DNA of 61,732 nucleotides from Octopus sinensis (Eukaryota): NCBI RefSeq assembly GCF_006345805.1, contig NW_021832266.1, positions 1 to 61,732 of the forward strand, read 5' to 3'. Shown piece by piece: positions 52,553 to 61,732 of this stretch (position 1 is its first letter; each line of letters starts with the position of its first letter). The notes under the pieces were generated by a model. It saw only the letters and a program-made list of their open reading frames with translations, ran no database searches and was not told where the DNA came from. The position numbers and the translations under genes were made by a program.

Positions 52553-52736
52553 CATGATCATCCCCAAAATACAACAATATCTGTTTCAACACAAGAATAT
52601 TCATAGCGGTTCGGCAAAAGAGACCGATAGAATACGTACTAGGCTTACAAAGAATAAGTCTTGGGGTTGATTTGCTCGACTAAAGGCGGTACTCCAGCAT
52701 GGCCACACTCAAATGACTGAAACAAGTAAAGAGTAA

Positions 52737-52803
<67 letters not shown>

Positions 52804-53033
52804 GGGCTATTGTGCACGACACTTGGTCAAGGTGCTGCACAGTGGGACTGAATCTGAAACCTCATGGTTGCAAAACCAGTTCCTTAACCACACAGCCAGC
52901 CATGACTCAATCTTGCACTATATAAATATATTTCCCTTGTACTTCATTACTAATGCATTGTACTAATACATTTCCATGCACTTGAACAACTCTAAAATAT
53001 AAGTCAGCTAAATATATACACAAAACACGTGAT

Positions 53034-53115
<82 letters not shown>

Positions 53116-53190
53116 CTTGTTATTCTTATTCTTCTTCTTCTTCTTCTTCTTCTTCTTCTTCTTCTTCTTGTTATTATTATTATTATTATT

Positions 53191-53747
53191 GAGTGAGCGA
53201 GCAGAGCATGCCATCAAAGTGACACTGGGGTAAAATATACGAAGCCCAGTATACCCATCATGACTACCCGTCTGATAAGGGTACACCAGGCACATGCATC
53301 ACAACCATATGTGCGCGACATGGTGATCTCATATCAAGATAAGCAGGACATGACCTTGCAGGTGGAGCCCAGTTAGAATTTTCTTCAGATCGAGTACCCA
53401 TCCCGCTCAAAAGGTCCCTGAATAAGGGTTGTTTAAGGACGTTGAACGAAACACCCATGTTTCCAGAGGTGAATTATTCAAACCCCAAAGAATCCTTCTC
53501 AACACATGGCTATGATGCTCCCCCACTACTTCTGCTCGTGATCAGAGATGCACATATCGTCAGCCACTAAGGGACATGCTCAACTGGTTAAGGTCAAACA
53601 ACTGACAAGCAAATCTGTGGTATTGAGCAGAATATTTGCTGTAGCCCATCTTTTATACCAAGACAAAACAATGTACATGATAACACTTCCAATCAGTTAA
53701 GATCAGAAGCCATGAGAGCCACTGCCTGGTACTGCATCAGGGCATTT
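53191..53747. mobile_element. About 557-bp interspersed element embedded in (TTA)n (copy 2)
   Basis: Same ends and orientation as 40934-41487. Confidence 0.85.
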
Positions 53748-53775
53748 ATTATTATTATTATTATTATTAGTATTA

Positions 53776-53846
<71 letters not shown>

Positions 53847-53892
53847 GTTATTATCATTCTTCTTCTTCTTATTGTTATTGTTCTTCTTGTTC

Positions 53893-53926
<34 letters not shown>

Positions 53927-53970
53927 TGCTACTACTACTATTTCATTACTACACAGCTGTAATTCATTAC

Positions 53971-54016
53971 CTCGTCATGAAATCGTCATCTGGGAAGGAA
54001 CGCCACAGAGTTGAAT
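53971..54016 (-). other. Candidate 46-nt exon
   Basis: aacttttttAG|ATTCAACTC...ATGACGAG|GTAATG with an upstream TTAAC branch-like motif. Open only in phase 1 (xSTLWRSFPDDDFMT). Confidence 0.3.
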
Positions 54017-54185
54017 CTAAAAAAGTTCCGCCAACCTTTTGTAAGTTAAACTCCTCGAGCTAACCACTTTATTTCGCTAATCAAAGGAAACAGCAGGAAA
54101 CGTCTTCCCCGGCATCATATAATACTGATTCGAAACGTTGAGAACGGAGAGCGTTTACTTTTGTGCAGTTCATAACACTTCATAC

Positions 54186-54255
54186 GTCTTTTCAAAAGCA
54201 TCATAAAAATGTTCTGCTTTCAGTTTTCTTTTACTCTTTCACGTTTTTTATCCCC
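54186..54255 (-). other. Candidate 70-nt exon downstream of the signal-peptide exon
   Basis: tgtgtttcttttAG|GGGGAT...AAGAC|GTATGA. In phase 0 it reads GDKKRERVKEN then TGA, so it is not cleanly open as assembled. Confidence 0.3.
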
Positions 54256-54744
54256 CTAAAAGAAACACAATACATGCTGCTTTCATTAGGATCTGTATAA
54301 TTGGTTTCTGCTACGTCCGTGCATTCGCGGTTCATTTTTTTGGCTTTGGAGAAGAAACCCTGGATTTGTTAGATTTCCCGCGTCATAAAAGAGTAAATTG
54401 AATATGGATATGATGATTAAATATCTAAATTTTAAATGTTCGAGGTAGAAAATTTTATTCGACTCTCTGCCCAGCTACTTCTATCGTTGGGCAATCAATA
54501 TCATCCAGGTTAGAAACCCTTGGTTTATATGCGTGCATATATGTAACTCACACCTACACATCCACGTCCTGTTACATACACTCATGTATATATACATATA
54601 TATGTCTGTATGTTTACCTGTATATATGTATGTACGTATGTGTGTAAGTGTATGTATGTACATAAATAAAGTAATGGTCACAAAAGAAGACAATATTGGA
54701 AGTACATATATTGTATTAGTTTAAAGCTTAAAAAGAAGGGTAAA

Positions 54745-54782
54745 CTCTTGATGTTTCGGACGCTAGTCCTTCATCAGAAGAA
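54745..54782 (-). ncRNA. Penelope-type minimal type-I hammerhead ribozyme motif
   Basis: Minus strand TTCTT-CTGATGA-A-GGAC-TAGC-GTCC-GAAA-CATC-AAGAG. Canonical CUGAUGA/GAAA core, 4-bp stem II, 5-bp stem I; stem III has CAUC instead of the usual CGUC. Confidence 0.7.
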
Positions 54783-55384
54783 AGAAGAGAATATGATTGG
54801 GGGAAAACAAAGGAAAAATAGAAGGGTTTCAGGACTAGGTTTTAATGCAGTTCTATGGGAGGAAAGTTAAGGAGGGAAGATAATGCAGGGTGGTGTACGC
54901 ATGTACAGGAGAGTACCCATGTATAGAAATAGACACAGGAGGAGATGTGTGTGAGTGTTGGTATGAGGGAAGCTTTGTGTGATCAGTTTGGAGACTATGT
55001 AGGTGTGTGGAGCCGTGCAAGTGTGGAAATGTAATGGCGTGGGATAGAGAGCCTGCGTAAAAAGAGGGTGGGTGCGTCGGTGTAATTGTATTATAGGAAA
55101 GAGCAGGGTGTGGAGGGGAGGAAGAGTGGCAGGCACTTGTGTGAAGCGAAAGGGGAGGTAAAAGGAATGAAGTGTTTTAAAAAAAAGGACTCCGAAAAAG
55201 TAAAAAACGGTGTAAATAGCAAAATTAACACTAGTGGCCACTCACTGAAAAACAAAGATGATGCATATATAATATATAATGTAGATACGCATATAGACAC
55301 ACGCACACTTTATATATATATATGTAACGAAATGTTAGCACCATGTATGTATTATATATATACACATGTGTGCCATATATATAT

Positions 55385-55416
<32 letters not shown>

Positions 55417-55609
55417 ATATATATAATATATATTATATTATATATATATATATATATATGTATGTATATATATAGTTTATATATATATATGTGCTTGTAT
55501 GCATGTTTGTATATTTGCGTAGTATAGCATATTGAAGCTTGGCCAACAACATGGGCTTGGCAAGATTATGCGATTGAATCCAGGAGAGAATTAAGACGTA
55601 ATCTCTTAC

Positions 55610-55684
55610 CTGCACTTCCAATGCATGGTAGGCAAGAATTAATCCAAGGAGAATCACCGTAGACACGCTTATTAACGACTTCAT
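55610..55684 (-). CDS. First coding exon (exon 55705-55610, with 21 nt of 5'UTR) of a probable secreted protein: MKSLISVSTVILLGLILAYHALEVQ, phase-0 donor
   Basis: Minus strand reads ttttttctttattttttttttcatattcttttAG|GACGAACC...ATG AAG TCG...GTG CAG|GTAAGA. Long polypyrimidine acceptor, consensus donor exactly at a codon boundary, and a basic n-region plus hydrophobic h-region typical of a signal peptide. Confidence 0.7.
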
Positions 55685-57907
55685 TGATTTAGATACCGGT
55701 TCGTCCTAAAAGAATATGAAAAAAAAAATAAAGAAAAAATGTTTAGTCATGATTTATAAAAGTGTTATTGAAAAAGTAGAAGCTGAAACGAAAAGTCCCG
55801 TAATTCGTTAGGATAGGTGGATTAATACAGAATGCTTCGATTTCAAGTAATGTAATGAAAAAAAATCAGATCAGACGACATATCGTGTGATGAGCAGACG
55901 ACAAAAAAAAATATTATATGTATGTATGTATATACGTCTGACAAACTCATTAAAACTAAACAAAATTATTATGTCGTTAAAGTAAAAAAATTGAATGAGA
56001 TTGCGAGCCTTGAAGGTGGTCACTGCTAGAATGAATAGTAAGCGAGGGTGCCTTAAATTGTTTTATTCGGATGTTTCAACGAATGGATAAGTTGGTAATA
56101 AAAAATTTGAATTTGTTTCAGATCTTTTACTAAATCCGTATGAGGCTTGAAATAAGACAAAAACTATCGCGTGTACAATTTACAATATATACTTGAGTGA
56201 CAAGAAACGTGTGTTTGTAAATTTTAAAAACCAAATATACTTGGAGAAGCTTGTTGTAATTTTCTTTTAAACATACCCCAACATGGCTACAGTTAAATGA
56301 CCGAAACAAGTAAAAGAATAAAAGAATGATGCTTGAATAAATGGGTGTGATGATACTTTACCCACACACCGCAATGTCTGGAAGCAATCACCGCTGGGAG
56401 AAGTATTTGGAGTGATATAATTGTATCATCAGTAACACACATTATGAGCAAAAGACTATAAACCTAGTCTTCAGGTAGTATCAAAATTACATATACCTGA
56501 ATAGGCTGTTAAACGTTGGTTCGAAGTTAAAATATTACTAGAACATTCAATGTTAAATAGACCAGATACAGTTCCATGGAATCTAGGCTAAAAATTACTT
56601 CCTAATAAAAGTGTCACTTGTTCAGCTGTGAATGTTTTATTCAATTTCGGATGAAAGAAACTTCTCTAATGTGATATTCACAGAAGAACGACTCTCTGAT
56701 AAGATATGCAGCTTCATGGTCAACAGATACATTATCTGCAGACAAATTCTAAACTTGATTACAAGTTTCCAGTTGCGTTTATGAAACAACAGTCCATTTG
56801 GCTACATTATCAAATGTCTACTAGTTATGAAATAAAAGTTGATGCCTTTAAAAGTGATGAGGAAAAGTTGATTCTTGTTTTAGAAATCTAATCCATTAAG
56901 TGCAAAACTTTTTATGCGAGGTATTATTTACAAGTTAATCTCTAGAGAAAATTGCAGTTTAATGTTACTTTGTAACTTTAGAACGTCTCTGATTGCGTAG
57001 AGATGATTATGATCAAAAGTTTTTTGGTCGGGGGCATCAGCCGTGTGAATCTTGAAATAAGATAAAAAGCGTACCACGCATAATTAGAGCGGACAAGAGG
57101 CAAGGGTCTATGACAATGAATATTCCCAAATAAACCATGTTTGAAAAGCCAAATATACATGAAGAGGCTTGTAAATTTTTTTAAGTCCTAGGTTTTCTTG
57201 AAATGCATTATCTAATCTATCCTTTCTATTTTTGATGAAAGAATGATGTGGTTTGAGTGAGATTTGAGTGTTATTTCTAGCAGGTCGAAATACCACGTAA
57301 CAACTTCTTTGTGGGCGGATCATTTTGTTTTTTATAGCCCATGTTCTGCAATGTGTACAGTCATTCCCCGTTGTACAAGCAATAGTGTCATTCCGATATA
57401 TGAATGGTGCTAAATTTTAATTTTAATCTTGAGAAGCTGACTTTTGTTACTAAATAGATTTGACAAATTCGATATAATTTTAATGTATGGTAATTCAGTG
57501 TGATATATATATTCTTTTCCGACCCACATCCAGCTTTCCCACTTGTATAAAAACAGAACACTATATAAAATTCTCCTTTAGTTCGGCATATTTGCCGACG
57601 GCGCATCCTCTTTTTTATTCGGCACCTTTGCCAAAGAGGCACCTCCCTCCTCCGCGCAGCACCTTGCCGGGGATCATGCTTTCTCCGAATACTTTCCGAC
57701 CGTTGGTTTTCGATTTAAGACGCAGCACTTCTTCTTTCTAGTATGCCTATTTCTTTTTCCTACCCGACACTTGACCGGTGGTACATGACTACTATTGCTA
57801 TTGCTATTACTATTATTCTCTTACTAATGTAATACAGCCGACAACTAACTGTCGTTTCTTTTACAATTGTGACGGCTTGAATAAAATCGGTTAGAAACAA
57901 TTTTTTT

Positions 57908-58260
57908 CTTCCTGGTCATTCATGCTGAGACCTCCTTCGGTCATGAATGACCCTGGTTTTGCGCCTAGAAAGTTACCCTCCCAGGCACAAGTCCGGGCAA
58001 GGTTGTTTATGGAAGACCAGCAGTCGCCCATGCATACCAGCTTCCCTTCTCTATGCCACCGATGTTATCCAAGGGAAAGGCAAAGGCCGATACAGCTTGG
58101 CACCAGTGACGTCGCAACTCATTTCTACAGCTGAGTGAACTGGAGCAACGTGAAATAAAGTGTCTTGCTCAAGAACACAACACGCAGCCCGGATCGGGAT
58201 TCGAACTGACAACTTCACGATCATAAGCTCTACGCTCTAACCACTGTGCCATGCGCCTTC
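57908..58260 (-). mobile_element. Family D SINE
   Basis: Reverse complement of the 42053-42378 family. Confidence 0.85.
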
Positions 58261-58504
58261 ACTTAGTCATTCATAGTGGTGCATATATCTGTTACAGGAA
58301 TATGAAGTGCTTCAACATAGGAATCCTCAATCAAATTTCTCCCTAAAGCACAAGGCACTGGTAGGCCTGAAGTTATGGCAACATGCAATAGGGCTGGGCC
58401 TTAAGCTACGTAATTGCGATGCGAACCTCAAACTTCTTATATGCACAGGCATGCCAGTTGAAACTCGCGTAAACACTAAAAGATCACAATCCCAAACTGA
58501 TACC

Positions 58505-58892
58505 GATTTCTTTATTACCCACAAGGGGCTAAACACAGAGGGGACAAACAAGGACAGGCATAGGTATTAAGTCGATTACATCGACCCCAGTGCGTAACTG
58601 GTACTTAATTTATCGACCCCGAAAGGATGGAAGGCAAAGTCGACCAAGGCGGAATTTGAACTCACAACGTAACGCAGACGAAATACCTATTTCTTTATTA
58701 CCCACAAGGGGCTAAACACAGAGGGGACAAACAAGGACAGGTATAGGTATTAAGTCGATTACATCGACCCCGGTGCGTAACTGGTACTTAATTTATCGAC
58801 CCCGAAAGGATGAAAGGCAAAGTCGACCTCGGCGGAATTTGAACTCACAACGTAACGCAGACGAAATACGGCTACGCATTTCGCCCGGCGTG
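58505..58892 (-). mobile_element. Family A SINE dimer with 12-bp TSD
   Basis: CAAACTGATACC at 58493-58504 and 58893-58904; internal junction at about 58678-58700. Confidence 0.9.
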
Positions 58893-59376
58893 CAAACTGA
58901 TACCACCCACATCTAAGACACACAAATCAGCGCTCGGATGTGGAATAAGAGAACATAATAACAAGCCCACTTAAATAACAATAATAATCATAATAATGAT
59001 GACGAAGAAAAAGATTAGAAAAAAAAGTTTATAAATGGAAACCAGAAGTTGTTTATTCCAAAACCGTTATTGTAATATAATTTCCATCTTAGAGATAGAA
59101 GAATGGTGACTAATTTCTTTTATATTCGAATGATAAATGATAGACTACCGGTTTCTAAAAATCACCTGCAGTTTTGATTAAACAAGCGTTTATACGTAGA
59201 CTTTCTCGGCATTATATATATGTGTGTGTATGTGTGTGCATCTATATATATATATATATATTATATATATATATATATATATATGTACGTAGTATGTATA
59301 TATATGTATTATATATTATAATATATATATATATATAATATATATATATATGTATGTATGTATGTATGTATATATA

Positions 59377-59430
<54 letters not shown>

Positions 59431-59659
59431 GCGAGTCCGCGTGCGTATGTGCCTAATTATTTACTTCCGATTCTTCTGCCCATTACTTACTGAATCTATA
59501 ATGGAAATAAGTAATGTACACACGCGTGCGCAAGCACACACACACCCACACATACACACACACCACATATATATATACACACATACAGACGCATACACAT
59601 AAAGACGCACACATACACACACATACATATATGTATATCTGTGTGTCTGTTTGTCTGTA

Positions 59660-59690
<31 letters not shown>

Positions 59691-60019
59691 TATAATATAT
59701 ATATATATATATATACGCGCGTATGCAAAAATGTGTATTACATAAGTTCTCATTTCTTTTAATGATTTTGTAGCAATATGAATTTGAAATACGAAAATAA
59801 AATAAAAGGAAATAGAAATAAAAAACAAAAAAATTAAAAAGAAAATAATAAGTAAACAAAAAAAAACAAGTCAGAATGGTGATTTCAGCTAAGTGAAGAA
59901 TCTGCATGAAAATTGTTTTATTAAACCCACAATTGCTTTAAACTGTTGAATAATGGTTTATTACTGGATAGATTAGATGAAGAACTTGTTCCCAAATGAA
60001 TGTTGGCTGTAAAGGTTTC

Positions 60020-60077
60020 ATATTATTATTATTATTATTATATTATTATTATTATTATATTATATATTATTATTATT

Positions 60078-60129
<52 letters not shown>

Positions 60130-60132
60130 GTC

Positions 60133-60172
<40 letters not shown>

Positions 60173-60239
60173 TGATGATAATAATAATAATAATAATGAT
60201 AATAATAATAATAAAGATAATGATAATGATGATAATGAT

Positions 60240-60285
<46 letters not shown>

Positions 60286-60290
60286 AATAA
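60020..60290. repeat. (TTA)n/(AAT)n/(GAT)n compound microsatellite
   Basis: Directly visible. Confidence 0.95.
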
Positions 60291-60521
60291 AACACAATCG
60301 AAGAATGATGTTATTTCATTATATCATTAATCACTCATGATGCTCTTCTCCCCTCACAGCGAAAATTTAACTATGTGTCAAGATTGCCAAGATTAATACG
60401 TAGATATACATGCATACATACATACATACATACAAACATACATACATACATACATACATACTACATACATACATACATACATATATACATACATACATAT
60501 ATACATACATACATACATACA

Positions 60522-60555
<34 letters not shown>

Positions 60556-61153
60556 CATACTTACATGCATGCATATATTTCGTATTCATGCCAATAATTG
60601 GAGCACTAGGTTTTTTGCTAATAAATACTTAAAGACGAATCTGGATAAACTAGGATTTTGACAAAGAGAAATCGACTGGCTGATTCGTACATTGCGAGTG
60701 CAATCTGTGAGTGGAACAGTAAAAATATGCAAGACTTTTCTCAAGTTCTAAACGGGAATTTATCTCTGTTAACTGCATCCCAAGGATGGCGCCGTGTGTC
60801 TTTGTTGGAAACCGGCTCAATCTTCAGAGGAAGATTTATAGTAATTAAAAAATAGAAGAGACATACATATATACTCAGGCTCACTCACATATGGATGATA
60901 TACATATACATATATACATACTTATAGACGTACACGCACACAAACCACAAAAACAGACACATACACACATGAATATATACATCATATACATATATATATA
61001 TACATATAGTATATATATTATATATATAATATGTAATAATATATAGTATATATAAATACTATATATATATATAACATATAGTATATATATAATATATAGA
61101 TATATGTAATATATAGTATATATACATACATATATATAGATATATAAATATAC

Positions 61154-61193
<40 letters not shown>

Positions 61194-61617
61194 TATATAT
61201 ATATTCACACTGAATCATTGGAACGTGTAATACTTTATTTGATAATTTTCACACATTGGATATTTGTATACCTCTACGTTACTCGTTATCAAATTTTTAT
61301 GACATTTAATTTTCCTTCCATACAAACGACTGTATAATTTATTTTTTGAGTACAAATAATTTTCACATAAAAAATATATCTTTTTCTACTTGTAAAGTAT
61401 AGACAAATTTCGTGGTCTGAATGACAACAGATTTTGTGTACACACACACACGCGCACACACACAGCAGCATTAGTCCTGAAGAGTCCTGAAAGTGACTTC
61501 GAATTTTTCGGCCTGCCCACTTCATCGATGAATTTGTATTCCACAAAAAAATTTGAAGTAATTCTTCAGTTTAATGTAAAATTATTTTTTATTACAACTC
61601 TATATAAAAAGAATTAT

Positions 61618-61692
<75 letters not shown>

Positions 61693-61732
61693 TATATATA
61701 CATATATACATATAAACAGATATATACGCACC

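Noticed and set aside
56488-56515. Second 9-nt AG|CCTATTCAG|GT pattern on the minus strand
   Set aside because: Weak pyrimidine tract and donor, and it lies upstream of the start codon; likely chance.

Overview
AT-rich, microsatellite-dense eukaryotic genomic DNA. The SINE families and simple-repeat load strongly suggest a coleoid cephalopod (Octopus); this is inferred from repeat recognition, not a database search. Almost all ORFs in the supplied track are translated microsatellites or SINEs. The best-supported gene feature is one minus-strand exon (55705-55610) with a strong acceptor, a start codon, a 25-aa signal-peptide-like sequence and a consensus donor, so most of the window is probably intronic to a secreted-protein gene whose later exons I could not resolve. 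Candidate later exons include a 9-nt microexon at 3375-3383. Other contents: tRNA-derived SINEs (several nested or multimeric, with target-site duplications); relics of RTE, RTE-X, CR1-like and Dong/R4-like LINEs; Tc1/mariner, pogo-like, hAT and GG-terminal 8-bp-TSD DNA transposon relics or MITEs; Penelope-type minimal hammerhead ribozyme motifs; several long inverted repeats; and a 43-bp minisatellite. No rRNA, intact tRNA gene or CRISPR array is supported.
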